Shown: positions 8,456 through 17,551 of the stretch, piece after piece
Position numbering within the stretch: position 1 is the stretch's first letter
Layout of the letters: the number at the start of each line of letters is the position of its first letter
Origin: Elusimicrobiota bacterium
GTDB lineage: Bacteria > Elusimicrobiota > Elusimicrobia > UBA1565 > UBA9628
Assembly (NCBI GenBank): GCA_016182905.1
Contig: JACPFR010000052.1
Coordinates: forward strand, 6,739-70,738
Length of the DNA stretch: 64,000 nt
Direction of reading: 5' to 3'
The notes under the pieces: generated by a model
Told to the model about the DNA's origin: nothing
Database searches by the model: none
What the model saw: only the letters and a program-made list of their open reading frames with translations
Program-made: the position numbers and the translations under genes

Positions 8456-9859
8456 TCAGGCGGCGACGCTCAGCGCCGCGACCATGTCCTCGATCTTGGT
8501 GAACTTCTCCCGGATCTTGCCCTGCGCGGCGCCGCGGCTGCGCTCCAGCTCGTCGATCTTCTTCCACTGCTGGTAATTGACGACCGACACGCCGCGGGAC
8601 GACAGCAGCTTGACCGCGGATTCCGGCGCGACGTCGACGGGCCCGGAGGGCAGCTTGCCGTCCTTCAGGTCCGCGAGCATCGACTGCACGGTCAGCACCG
8701 AGTCCGCGCGGTTGGTCCCGATGAGGCCCGACGGGCCCCGCTTGGCCCAGCCCACGACGTACTCCCCCGGCAGGTGGGCGCCGGCGACGACGACCCGGCC
8801 GTCCGCGTGCGGGATGTGGCCCGACTTCTCGTCGAACGCCACCCCGGGGATCGGGATGCCGCGGTAGCCGACGGAGCGCAGGATCAGGCCGGCGGGGATC
8901 GTCTCGTACTCCTTGATCCCCACGCACTTGGCGCCGCCCTTGCCGTCGTCGACGAGCTTGTTCTTCTCTAGCTTGACGGCCTTGATCCTGCCGTCCTCGC
9001 CGATGAGCTCGACGGGAGAGACGCAGTAGCGCAGGCGGATCTTGCGGGCCTGCGCGCCCTCGCCCTTCTTGGCGTGCTCCTGGACGTAGGCGACCTTCTT
9101 CTTGTCGTTGGCGTCGGCGGTGTCGAGCCGGGAGACCTCGGTGACGACCGCCTCCTCGGGCTTGATGACGAGGTCGCAGCCCTCGAGCTTGCCGAACTCC
9201 TCGATCTCGACGGGCGAGTACGCGGCTTCCGCGGGCCCGCGGCGTCCGAGCAGCCACACGGTCTTGACCTTGCTCTTGCGCAGGGCCTCGAGCGCGTAGT
9301 CCGCGATGTCGGTCTTGGCGAGCCTCTCGGGATCGCAGGCCAGCAGCCGGGTCACGTCCATCGCGACGTTGCCGATGCCGACGACCGCGACGTCCTCGCA
9401 GGACAGGTCGAAGGTCCGGTGGCGGTGGTCCGGATGGCCGTTGTACCAGCCCACGAACTCCGTCGCCGAGAAGGAGCCGCCCAGCTCCTCGCCCGGTATG
9501 CCCATCTTCCGGTCGCTCTCGCAGCCGACCGCGTAGACGATCTGGTCGTAGCGCGCGCGCAGGTCCTCGATCTTGACGTCGGTCCCCAGGCGCACGCCTC
9601 CGAAGAAGCGCAGGCGCGGGTCCATCGCGACCTTCTCGTAGACGGCGGTCACGGACTTGATCTTCTGATGGTCCGGGGCCACGCCTCCGCGCACCAGCCC
9701 GAACGGGGTGGGCAGGCGGTCATAGAGGTCCACGCGGACCGTCAGGCCGGGGGCTTTGAGGAGCGCCTCGGCGGCGTAGAAGCCGGAGGGACCGGCGCCG
9801 ATGACGGCGACGCACAGGGGTCGTTGAGGGGTGCCGACAGTGCTCATGTTTTTCTCCAT
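8456..9859 (-). CDS. FprA/adrenodoxin-reductase-type ferredoxin--NADP+ reductase
   Basis: VAVIGAGPSGFYAAEALL...YDRLPTPFGLVRGGVAPDH...VAVVGIGNVAMDVTRLL...VGW.KRGP.G.IGTN match the FprA family layout. Confidence 0.87.
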   Translation of the reverse strand: MEKNMSTVGTPQRPLCVAVIGAGPSGFYAAEALLKAPGLTVRVDLYDRLPTPFGLVRGGVAPDHQKIKSVTAVYEKVAMDPRLRFFGGVRLGTDVKIEDLRARYDQIVYAVGCESDRKMGIPGEELGGSFSATEFVGWYNGHPDHRHRTFDLSCEDVAVVGIGNVAMDVTRLLACDPERLAKTDIADYALEALRKSKVKTVWLLGRRGPAEAAYSPVEIEEFGKLEGCDLVIKPEEAVVTEVSRLDTADANDKKKVAYVQEHAKKGEGAQARKIRLRYCVSPVELIGEDGRIKAVKLEKNKLVDDGKGGAKCVGIKEYETIPAGLILRSVGYRGIPIPGVAFDEKSGHIPHADGRVVVAGAHLPGEYVVGWAKRGPSGLIGTNRADSVLTVQSMLADLKDGKLPSGPVDVAPESAVKLLSSRGVSVVNYQQWKKIDELERSRGAAQGKIREKFTKIEDMVAALSVAA

Positions 9860-11635
9860 TCAGACGTATTCCTTGTATTCGGGCTGATACTGCATATCGA
9901 GGATGGTCTTGCGCAGGTCCTTCGGGCGCGGCATGGTCGCCAGGCCGCGCTCGTAGCACACCTCGGCGACGGCCTCGGCGATGCGGGCCGAGATCTCGCG
10001 GATCTTGGTCAGAGGCGGGAACAGGGCCCCCTGCTTGAGGTCCTCCTCGGTGACGAGCTTCGCCAGCGCGCGCGCCGCCTCGGCGAACATCTCGTCGGTG
10101 ACGCGCTTGGAGCCGACCGCCACCACGCCCAGGCCGACGCCGGGGAAGATGTACGCGTTGTTGCCCTGGCCGGGGACGAAGGTCTGCCCCTTGTAGACGT
10201 ACGTGGGGAAGGGGCTGCCGCTGCAGAAGATCGCCCGGCCGTCGGAGAAGCCGTACGCCTGCTCCGCCGAGCACTCCGCGTTGGCGGTCGGGTTGGAGAG
10301 CGCGAAGATCAGCGGGCGCTTGTTGAGCTTCGCCATCTCCTCGATGATCTCCTTCGTGAACTGCTGGGCCTGGCCCGAGACGCCGATGAGCGCCGTGGGC
10401 TTGACCGCCTTGACCGCGTCGAGCAAAGTCGGCACCGGCCCGAAGTCGTGCTTGTGGGCGTACGGCAGCTTGTGGTGCTGCAGGTCGGCGCGGCTGGAGT
10501 CGACGAGGGACTTCGAGTCCATGAACCAGCAGCGCGCCATCGCCTCCTTCTTGCTGAGGCCCTCGGCCATCATCGCGCCGACGACGAGGTCGCCGATGCC
10601 GATGGCCGCCTCTCCGGCGCCGTGGAACAGGATCTTCTCGTCGGTGAGCTTGCGCCCGGTGATGCGCAGCGACGAATACAGGCCCGCCAAGGTGACCGAC
10701 GCGGTCCCCTGGATGTCGTCGTTGAAGGTGCAGATCTCGTCGCGGTACTTCTCGAGCAGGCGGAACGCGTTGTGGTTGGCGAAGTCCTCGAACTGCAGCA
10801 GGGCCTTCGGGAAGACCTCCTGAACGGCCATCACGAACTCGTGCACGAGGTCGTCGTACTCCTTGCCCTCGATGCGCTTCTCGGGCAGGCCCAGGTACAG
10901 CGGATCGGCGAGCAAGGCCGGGTTGTTCGTGCCGACGTCGAGCGTGATCGGAAGGGTCTGGCCGGGCGGGATGCCGCCGCAGGCCGTGTACAGGGCGAGC
11001 TTCCCGACGGGGATGCCCATGCCGCTGGCGCCGAGGTCGCCGAGGCCGAGGATGCGCTGGCCGTCGGTGACGACGATGACGCGCACGTCCTGGCGCGGCC
11101 AGTTGCGCAGCACCTCTTTGATGCGGCCCTTCTCGTACTTCGTGATGAACAGCCCGCGCGAGCGCCGGAAGAGGTGGGCGTACAGCTGGCAGCCCTTGCC
11201 GACGGTCGGGGTGTAGATCAGCGGCATGATCTCCTCGATGTTGTCGGTGACGACGCGGTAGTACAAGGTCTCGTTGCGGTCGAGCAGCGAGAGCATGTCG
11301 ACGTACTTCTCGAGGTCGGTGACGCGCTTGCGCACGTTGGCGATGACGCGCGTCGCCTGTCCCTTCAGCGTGGAGACTCGGGGCGGGAGGAGGCCGAGCA
11401 GGCCGAGCTTCTGTCGCTCCTTGTAGGTGAACGCCGTCCCCTTGTTGTACAGCGGGTCGTGCAGCAGATCGATCCCGGTGCGGCCCGGGTGGTGGGAGGT
11501 GTCGGCTTTCGCGGACTGGCTCGGAACGAAGCCGTTCGCGTGAGAGGGGACCGGCGGGGACGCGCGCTTCTGGGATTTAGTGGTCACGGCCTTTCTTACG
11601 CAACGGATTGGCCATGGCCCTCCCCCCGTCGTCAC
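9860..11635 (-). CDS. NAD(P)-dependent malic enzyme (large, eukaryote-like form)
   Basis: LLHDPLYNKGTAFT..ER..LGLLGLLPP...IYTPTVG...FNDDIQGTA.V.LAG...GAGEAA.GI...LSNPT. The stop abuts the start of the downstream reductase gene. The N-terminus is uncertain; GTG at 11587 is an alternative. Confidence 0.88.
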   Translation of the reverse strand: MTTGGGPWPIRCVRKAVTTKSQKRASPPVPSHANGFVPSQSAKADTSHHPGRTGIDLLHDPLYNKGTAFTYKERQKLGLLGLLPPRVSTLKGQATRVIANVRKRVTDLEKYVDMLSLLDRNETLYYRVVTDNIEEIMPLIYTPTVGKGCQLYAHLFRRSRGLFITKYEKGRIKEVLRNWPRQDVRVIVVTDGQRILGLGDLGASGMGIPVGKLALYTACGGIPPGQTLPITLDVGTNNPALLADPLYLGLPEKRIEGKEYDDLVHEFVMAVQEVFPKALLQFEDFANHNAFRLLEKYRDEICTFNDDIQGTASVTLAGLYSSLRITGRKLTDEKILFHGAGEAAIGIGDLVVGAMMAEGLSKKEAMARCWFMDSKSLVDSSRADLQHHKLPYAHKHDFGPVPTLLDAVKAVKPTALIGVSGQAQQFTKEIIEEMAKLNKRPLIFALSNPTANAECSAEQAYGFSDGRAIFCSGSPFPTYVYKGQTFVPGQGNNAYIFPGVGLGVVAVGSKRVTDEMFAEAARALAKLVTEEDLKQGALFPPLTKIREISARIAEAVAEVCYERGLATMPRPKDLRKTILDMQYQPEYKEYV

Positions 11636-11685
11636 AAGGGGGTCACAAAAAATATATTAAGAATCAGCCTAAATTTTAACGGAAG

Positions 11686-11799
11686 AACCACAAAGACACA
11701 AAGTCACGAAGAACGGAAACGGATGAGGAGTTAACGGCATGCGGCCTTTGCCGTTAACTTTCTATCCGGTTATCTTCGTGACTTTGTGTCTTTGTGGTT
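11686..11799. repeat. nested palindromic intergenic element, copy 2
   Basis: Perfect 27-nt arms at 11686-11712 and 11773-11799 (aaccacaaagacacaaagtcacgaaga). The inner hairpin gttaacggca / tgccgttaac has arms at 11730-11739 and 11749-11758. It shares the ccac-aagacac outer motif and the taacggca...tgccgtta core with copy 1. Confidence 0.85.
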
Positions 11800-11818
11800 G
11801 GTCCATTCGTCGCCGCCG

Positions 11819-13282
11819 TCAGTCCTCGCCCTGGTCCTTAGTGAAGGCGGGCTGGTCGTCGTACTTGAACAGCTTCTCGACGTGGACCCAGAGGACCTGG
11901 GTGCCCACGCGCTGGAGCAGTTCGGCGATGTCCTTGTCGTCCAAGGTCTCGCCGTGCGTCGAGACCTTGAACCGGAGCCGCGCGCAGTCCACGGGGTCGG
12001 ACTCGATGTCGTGGGTGTTCGGGTAGACCTTCGTGCCGCGGCTCGAGATCTGGGCGAGGCGCACGGGCAGGCCGGTCAGGACCTTCTCGATCGAGGGGCC
12101 GAGCACGGCCGGCTCGATCGCGGTCGCCACGAAGATGTCGACGCCCATGGGCCGCGTGTCCTTGGCGGTCACCATGACGGCGTCACGGGTGACCTTGGGC
12201 ATCTTGATGCGCTGGTACTCGCGGCGCGGGAACGACTTGGGCGCGGAGCCGAGGTTCCTGATCACCTCGGCGGTGAACGCCTTCGTGCCGGCGGGCTCGC
12301 GGCCGCCGCCGGCCATGTCGGCGGTCAACACTTTCCCGTCCTCGAGCGTGACCAGCAAAGCGTTCTCGACGTCGTCGGCGGCCTTCATCTCTCCGAGGTG
12401 GCGCAGCATCAGCACCGAGCTGTGCAGGAGCGCCGTGGGGTTGGCCATGTCCTTGCCCGCGATCTGCGGCGCGGAGCCGTGGACCGCCTCGAAAATAGAA
12501 GCTCCATCACCCAGATTCGCCGACGGGGCGAAGCCGAGGCCACCGATCAGGGCCGAGGCCAGGTCGGAGAGGATGTCGCCGTTCATGTTCGTCATCACGA
12601 GCACGTCGAACTGCTCGGGGCGCATGACGAGCTGATGGGCGCAGTTGTCGACGATCTGGTGCTCGGCGTGTATTTCCGGATAGTCTTTTGAAACGTCCTC
12701 GAACACGCGCTTGAACAGGCCTTCGGTGAACTTGAGGATGTTCGCCTTGGTCGCGCACGTGACCTTCTTGCGGTGTTCGGCCCTGGCCAATTCGAACGCC
12801 AGACGGATTATTTTTTCCGAGCCTTTCCGCGTGATGATCTTCAGGCCCTGCGCGACCCCGGGGGTCTGCATGTACTCGATTCCCGCGTAGAGATCCTCGA
12901 CATTCTCTCTCACGACCACGAAATCGATGCCGCGGCCCGAGTAGGGCGTGCGGATGCCGGGCAGCTCGCGCACCGGCCGGATGTTGCCGTAGGTCTCGAA
13001 GAACTTGCGGAGCGTCACGTTGGCGCTCTTCTCGCCGAAGCCGACCGGCGTCTCGAGCGGGCCCTTGAGGGCGCAGCGCGTGCGGCGGATGGACTCGACG
13101 GTGTCGGGGAGCACGCCGGAGGCGACGCCGTTCTTGAAGACCCGGGCGCCGGCGTGGCGGACCTCCCAGGTGATGGGCACTTCGGCGGCGGCGAGGACGG
13201 CCTGGACGGCGGCGACGACTTCGGGGCCGATGCCGTCTCCGGGGATGAGGGTGATCGAGTGAGAGGAGCTTTTGTGGGACAT
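11819..13282 (-). CDS. icd: isocitrate dehydrogenase, IDH/IPMDH-fold with ~140-aa C-terminal extension
   Basis: ITLIPGDGIGPEV...NVTLRK.F..Y.N.RP...VVVRENVEDLY.G...NMNGDILSD..S.L.GGLG..PSAN...FEAVHGSAP.IAGK..ANP. 487 aa. Confidence 0.88.
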   Translation of the reverse strand: MSHKSSSHSITLIPGDGIGPEVVAAVQAVLAAAEVPITWEVRHAGARVFKNGVASGVLPDTVESIRRTRCALKGPLETPVGFGEKSANVTLRKFFETYGNIRPVRELPGIRTPYSGRGIDFVVVRENVEDLYAGIEYMQTPGVAQGLKIITRKGSEKIIRLAFELARAEHRKKVTCATKANILKFTEGLFKRVFEDVSKDYPEIHAEHQIVDNCAHQLVMRPEQFDVLVMTNMNGDILSDLASALIGGLGFAPSANLGDGASIFEAVHGSAPQIAGKDMANPTALLHSSVLMLRHLGEMKAADDVENALLVTLEDGKVLTADMAGGGREPAGTKAFTAEVIRNLGSAPKSFPRREYQRIKMPKVTRDAVMVTAKDTRPMGVDIFVATAIEPAVLGPSIEKVLTGLPVRLAQISSRGTKVYPNTHDIESDPVDCARLRFKVSTHGETLDDKDIAELLQRVGTQVLWVHVEKLFKYDDQPAFTKDQGED

Positions 13283-13321
13283 TATTTTCCTATTTTACCA
13301 AATTCAGTTATATACTGCGTC
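13283..13321. promoter_or_regulatory. AT-rich divergent promoter region between icd and ampG
   Basis: ttattttcctattttaccaaattcagttatatactgcgtc is the only AT-rich stretch locally and contains TATATA/TATACT -10-like hexamers. Confidence 0.35.
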
Positions 13322-14569
13322 ATGGACCGGCTCGACGGGCTTCGCGTCTTCGCCTCGCGCAAGATGGCCGCCATCGGCCTCCTCGGCTTCGCCGGCGGGC
13401 TGCCTTTGTTCCTGACGAGCAGGACTTTGCAGGCCTGGATGACCGCGGAGAAGGTGGACCTGACCACGATCGGCCTGTTCAGCCTCGTCGGCCTCCCCTA
13501 TTCGACGAAGTTCCTGTGGTCGCCGTTCGTGGACCGCTACTGCCCCCCCTTCCTCGGCCGCCGCCGCGGCTGGCTGGCGATCTCGCAGGCCGCCCTGGCG
13601 CTGGCCATCGCCGCGCTCGCCTTCGGCGACCCGCGCACGGCCGTCCTCGCGTTCGCGTTCACCGCGCTCGGCGTCGCCTTCCTCTCCGCGACGCAGGACA
13701 TCGCCATCGACGCGTACCGCGTCGACGTGCTGGAGACCCGCGAGATGGGCGCCGGCACGGCGATCTACGTCGTCGGCTACCGCGCGGCTTTGCTCATCAC
13801 CGGCTCGGCGGCCCTGATCCTCGCCGACCGCATGACCTGGAACGCGGTGTACCTCGTGATGGCGGGCCTGATGCTCCTCGGCCTGGCGGCGACGGTCTGG
13901 TCCCCCGAGCCTCCGCCCGTGGACAGGCTCCCGGAGACGATGACCGAGGCGATCGTCGAGCCCTTCCGCGACTTCTTCGCCCGCTCCGCCTGGCGCGCCG
14001 CCGTCATCCTCGTCTTCATCACCCTCTACCGCCTCGCCGACTCCATGGCCGGGAACATGGCCACGCCCTTCCTCCTCAAGTCCGGCTTCTCCCAGACCGA
14101 CGTGGGCGCGATCCAGGGCGGGGTCGGCTTGCTCGCGACCATCGTCGGCGCGCTGTGCGGCGGCGGGGCGATCAGCCGCCTCGGCATCAACCGCTGCCTG
14201 TGGGTGTTCGGCGTGCTGCAGCTCGCCAGCAACATCGGCTATTACATCCTCTCCCTCGACCCGCGCTACCCCGTCATGGTGGCCGTCATCATCGTGGAGA
14301 ACTTCTGCGCCGGGCTCGTCGTCGCGGGCTTCGGGGCCTTCTTCATGAGCCTGTGCAGCCCGCGCTTCTCGGCGACGCAGTACGCGCTGATGACGAGCCT
14401 GATGGCCTTCAGCCGCGACGTGCTGGTGGCCCCCGCGGGCAAGATCGCGGAGGCGACGGGCTGGCCGACGTTCTTCCTCCTCACGATCGCGGCGGGCGTG
14501 CCGGCGATGCTGCTGCTTCCCGTGTTCGCGCCCTGGAACTCGCCCATGCCTTACGGCGCGCGGCGGTAG
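13322..14569 (+). CDS. ampG: AmpG-family muropeptide/MFS permease
   Basis: LGFAGGLPLFLTS.TLQAWM....DLTTIGLFSLVGLPY..KFLWSP.VDRY is the AmpG N-terminal signature, with about 12 hydrophobic spans. The ATG at 13322 was chosen inside a longer ORF whose upstream part is antisense to icd. Confidence 0.85.
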   Translation: MDRLDGLRVFASRKMAAIGLLGFAGGLPLFLTSRTLQAWMTAEKVDLTTIGLFSLVGLPYSTKFLWSPFVDRYCPPFLGRRRGWLAISQAALALAIAALAFGDPRTAVLAFAFTALGVAFLSATQDIAIDAYRVDVLETREMGAGTAIYVVGYRAALLITGSAALILADRMTWNAVYLVMAGLMLLGLAATVWSPEPPPVDRLPETMTEAIVEPFRDFFARSAWRAAVILVFITLYRLADSMAGNMATPFLLKSGFSQTDVGAIQGGVGLLATIVGALCGGGAISRLGINRCLWVFGVLQLASNIGYYILSLDPRYPVMVAVIIVENFCAGLVVAGFGAFFMSLCSPRFSATQYALMTSLMAFSRDVLVAPAGKIAEATGWPTFFLLTIAAGVPAMLLLPVFAPWNSPMPYGARR

Positions 14570-15439
14570 CTACTCGACGCGCAGAGCGGGGCCCTTGGAG
14601 GGCGGCAGGAAGGCCGACACGGCCTCGCCGCGCGTCGCGGGCATCAGGCCGACGACGACGCGCTCGGGCGCCACCAGCAGCGCCTTGGCCAGGCGGCGGC
14701 GGAGCGCCTTCGCGCGGGCCTGCGTGACCTTGCCGCGGACGTCCTTCGCGGCGAGCTCGAGCTTGTAGTCGCCGTCGGCGCGCGGCTCGCCCAGGCGCAG
14801 GCGGCTGGCGAAGGCGTCGATCCAGGCGCCGGACTCCTTCGTGAAGTCGGCCTTGCCGTCCTCGAAGAGGAGCGCGGCGTCGGCCTCGAGGCGCGTCTCG
14901 CCCGCGTACTCGCGGCGCGTGAACGACTTGAGCGGCACTGGGTCGCTCTCGACGACGAACGCCCGCCCCGCCCGCCGCCCCGTGAAGCGGTAATGGTACG
15001 CGCGCCCGGCGACGACGGCCAGTCGCCCGTCGGGCCCGCCCCCGTCCCAGTCGATCTTCTCGTTGAGCATGCCCACGCCGTCGGACTTCCAGACGATGTC
15101 CCCCTCGTTGTCGAGGACCTCGAAGCTCCACTCGTCGTACACCGCGACGATGTTGGCCGGCGACAGCGCCAGGAACGGCGGCTCGGGGAAGGGGCGCTGG
15201 AAGCGCGCCACGTCGCCGCCGGCGCGGATGCGCGCGGCCGCCGGGGCCGAGGCGCCGCGTCCGAGCGACAGCGAGCGCAGGACCTCGTCGATGACGGGCT
15301 TGGACGCGGTCGGCGGCGACACCTGGACTCCCGCCGAGCCCGAAGCCCGGGCCTTGATCGTCATGTCCTGCGAGAGCTCCGACTTGGACGGGGCGCTCCA
15401 GGCGGGAAGCGCGATCAGCAGCAGGAGCGCGGCGCTCAT
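14570..15439 (-). CDS. secreted hypothetical protein, last gene of the ExbB-ExbD-ExbD operon
   Basis: Signal peptide MSAALLLLIALPAWSAP. The start overlaps the upstream exbD stop. No recognisable catalytic motif. Confidence 0.6.
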   Translation of the reverse strand: MSAALLLLIALPAWSAPSKSELSQDMTIKARASGSAGVQVSPPTASKPVIDEVLRSLSLGRGASAPAAARIRAGGDVARFQRPFPEPPFLALSPANIVAVYDEWSFEVLDNEGDIVWKSDGVGMLNEKIDWDGGGPDGRLAVVAGRAYHYRFTGRRAGRAFVVESDPVPLKSFTRREYAGETRLEADAALLFEDGKADFTKESGAWIDAFASRLRLGEPRADGDYKLELAAKDVRGKVTQARAKALRRRLAKALLVAPERVVVGLMPATRGEAVSAFLPPSKGPALRVE

Positions 15440-15864
15440 CTCTTCGCCGGCTCCGTCGCCAGCGCGATCTGCGCGGCTCCCGCGGACTTGGCGACGCCGA
15501 TCAGGCGCTGGACGGTCCGGTAGGGCACGGACTTGTCCGCGCGGATCAGGACGATCGAGCCGTTCTTCTTGTCCACCTCGCGGCGCAGGTCGGCGGCGAC
15601 GGTGTCCCAGGAGGAGCCGGCGGCGCGGACGGACAACGTACCATCAACGGCATACGTCAAAGCGATGGTGAGCTCCTGGTTGGGCAGCGCCGAAGCGGGC
15701 GGCAGAGCGACGGGGAGCGTCGGATAGGCGAGCAGCGGCGCGGTCACGAACAAAATGACGAGCAGCACGAGGCTGATGTCGATGACCGGGATGATGTTCA
15801 CCTCGGTGACGGGCTCGGGCTCCGGCGAGTTGGCCCGCATCCGCAGCAGCGCGTACTTGGCCAT
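15436..15864 (-). CDS. exbD: ExbD/TolR-family biopolymer transport protein
   Basis: EVNIIPVIDISLVLLVILFVTAPL is a typical ExbD TM segment. 142 aa. Confidence 0.88.
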   Translation of the reverse strand: MAKYALLRMRANSPEPEPVTEVNIIPVIDISLVLLVILFVTAPLLAYPTLPVALPPASALPNQELTIALTYAVDGTLSVRAAGSSWDTVAADLRREVDKKNGSIVLIRADKSVPYRTVQRLIGVAKSAGAAQIALATEPAKR

Positions 15865-16319
15865 CAGCGCGCCTCCGGGTCGACGACCTGCACGAGGGCG
15901 ACCGTGCCCCCCGCGGCCTGCACCGCCTCGAGGGCGGCGATGACCTGGCCGTGCGCGACCTCGAGCTCCGGCGAGACGAACACCTTGCGGTCGGTGCGCA
16001 CGGAGAGCTTGAGCTTGAGGAACTCGGTGAGCTCGGAGCCGGTGGCCATGAGCCGGCCGTCCATCACGAAGCCGAGCGCGGTGACGCCGAGCACGACGAC
16101 GGCCTCGGGCTCGCGCATGGTCAGCAGCTCGACCTGGGTCGGCAGGGCGGCCTCGGCCTTCGCGGCGGCGGCCTGCACCTTGAGCATGGACTGGGCCGCC
16201 ATCGGCGAGAGCACGAGCAGGATGATCAGGAGCACGAGCGAGACGTCGGCCAGGGGCACGACGTTGACGTCGGAGATTGGCGCCGCCTCGTCGTCCTTAT
16301 GAAACGGGCTTCCCGCCAT
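15864..16319 (-). CDS. exbD: ExbD/TolR-family biopolymer transport protein (second copy)
   Basis: DVNVVPLADVSLVLLIILLVLSP... 151 aa. There is a 1-nt start/stop overlap with the next gene. Confidence 0.88.
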   Translation of the reverse strand: MAGSPFHKDDEAAPISDVNVVPLADVSLVLLIILLVLSPMAAQSMLKVQAAAAKAEAALPTQVELLTMREPEAVVVLGVTALGFVMDGRLMATGSELTEFLKLKLSVRTDRKVFVSPELEVAHGQVIAALEAVQAAGGTVALVQVVDPEAR

Positions 16320-16929
16320 GGTCCTCCAGCAGCTGCGCCATCTCCAGGACCCACAGGTCGGCGGTGTTCAGGCGGTGGCGCGCCGTGAGCGTGAAGTAGT
16401 TGTAGAACAGGGCCGCGACGACGGCCAGGCCGATGCCGAAGGCCGTGGCGACGAGCGCCTCGGAGATGCCGGCCGCGACGACGGCGGGCCCGCCCGCCCC
16501 GGCGGCGGACAGGTCGTGGAAGGCGCGCATGATGCCGAGCACCGTGCCCATCAGCCCGATCAGCGGCGAGATGAAGCTCGCCGTGCCGAACAGGCCGACG
16601 CGGCGGTTGAGCCCCAGGCTCAGGCGCTGGCGGTAGAGCTGGAACGCCTCGACGAGCTTCTCCGTGTTCGACGTCTCGAGCGCGATCAGGCGGGCGATGG
16701 CCTCGCCCATCAAGGTCGTGTCGCGGCGGGCGATGGCGATGGCTCCGGCCTTGTCCCCCGCCTCGAGGCGGTCGCGCACCCGCTCCCACATCGCGGTCGG
16801 CATCTTTTGAGCGAACCAGTAAGAGTAGATCCGCTCCAGGGCCTGCGCGAAGATCGCCAAAGACAGCACCAGCAAAATCGGCATCGCGATGCTGATCTTC
16901 AGCATCTCCACAAAGGTCATTCCGCTCAT
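16297..16929 (-). CDS. exbB: MotA/TolQ/ExbB proton-channel protein
   Basis: Three TM spans and a conserved C-terminal half (FISPLIGLMGTVLGIM.AF......GISEALVATAFGL.VA). ATG at 16929 (MSGMTFVEM) was chosen within the longer ORF. Confidence 0.87.
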   Translation of the reverse strand: MSGMTFVEMLKISIAMPILLVLSLAIFAQALERIYSYWFAQKMPTAMWERVRDRLEAGDKAGAIAIARRDTTLMGEAIARLIALETSNTEKLVEAFQLYRQRLSLGLNRRVGLFGTASFISPLIGLMGTVLGIMRAFHDLSAAGAGGPAVVAAGISEALVATAFGIGLAVVAALFYNYFTLTARHRLNTADLWVLEMAQLLEDHGGKPVS

Positions 16930-17051
16930 GGTCGCAAGTATAGCGGAGGGGCGCGGACCTGACAAGCCCGGTCCTGTTAAGGAATAGGCCTTCCGCGGGG
17001 CCCCGCGTAGGCCCGACGGCCCCCGACGCAAGGCGCCCGGCGGGCTATCCT

Positions 17052-17477
17052 ATGGCCATGAAGATCACCGCCCTCGCCGTCGCGCTCCTGACAGCGGCCT
17101 CCGCCCTCCCCCTGCGCGCCCAAGTGAACGCGGCGCCCCAGCCGGCGCCCGTCGAGAAGCCCAAGCCCTCCTGCCCCTGCGACAGCTCGAATTTCAAGCC
17201 CCTCACCGACAAGGCCCGCGCCGTCGAGGCCTACTGGGACGCGCGCCGCTCCTACCGCTCCGCCCGCACCATCGCCGGCACCGCGGCGCTGTTCGCCATG
17301 TTCTCCCGCAACGGCGGCCTCATGAACGAGGCCCAGAACACCTTGTCCGACGCCTCGTCCAGGCTCTTCTCCGCCCGCGCCAAGGCCGAGCAGCTCGGCG
17401 CCCTCAAGGTCACCGGCGACGACCTCGACGGCGCCATCGAGATCAAGCTCCGGAAAGGCGTCGACTACACCCTGTAA
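17052..17477 (+). CDS. secreted hypothetical protein
   Basis: Signal peptide MKITALAVALLTAASALPLRAQ. 141 aa with no recognised domain. Confidence 0.5.
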   Translation: MAMKITALAVALLTAASALPLRAQVNAAPQPAPVEKPKPSCPCDSSNFKPLTDKARAVEAYWDARRSYRSARTIAGTAALFAMFSRNGGLMNEAQNTLSDASSRLFSARAKAEQLGALKVTGDDLDGAIEIKLRKGVDYTL

Positions 17478-17478
17478 A

Positions 17479-17550
17479 CGGTGTCAGGCTCGCAAATTCG
17501 TCAAAATCCGGAGTGCCCGGGAATTCAACGAATTTGCGAGCCTGACACCG
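17479..17550. terminator. long perfect hairpin between convergent genes (bidirectional terminator candidate)
   Basis: 23-nt perfect arms, cggtgtcaggctcgcaaattcgt (17479-17501) and acgaatttgcgagcctgacaccg (17528-17550), with a 26-nt loop. It fills the whole gap between the stops at 17477 and 17552. Confidence 0.55.
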
Positions 17551-17551
17551 A

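Noticed and set aside
8087-8576. Mirror-image small ORFs 8087-8383 (-) and 8388-8576 (+), both starting MPLPF...GVLVVHPFV.
   Set aside because: The similarity is a direct consequence of translating the two arms of the 8321-8454 palindrome. It is not evidence for a duplicated peptide gene.
11819-12250. The ~140-aa C-terminal extension of isocitrate dehydrogenase, considered as a novel fusion.
   Set aside because: I recall that ~480-aa IDH forms with an extra C-terminal domain are an established subfamily in several bacterial lineages (for example Rickettsia-type icd). It is probably not new.
12773-13321. N-terminal 183-aa extension of the AmpG ORF.
   Set aside because: It lies antisense to icd. 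The AmpG family signature begins right after the ATG at 13322, downstream of the AT-rich promoter region.
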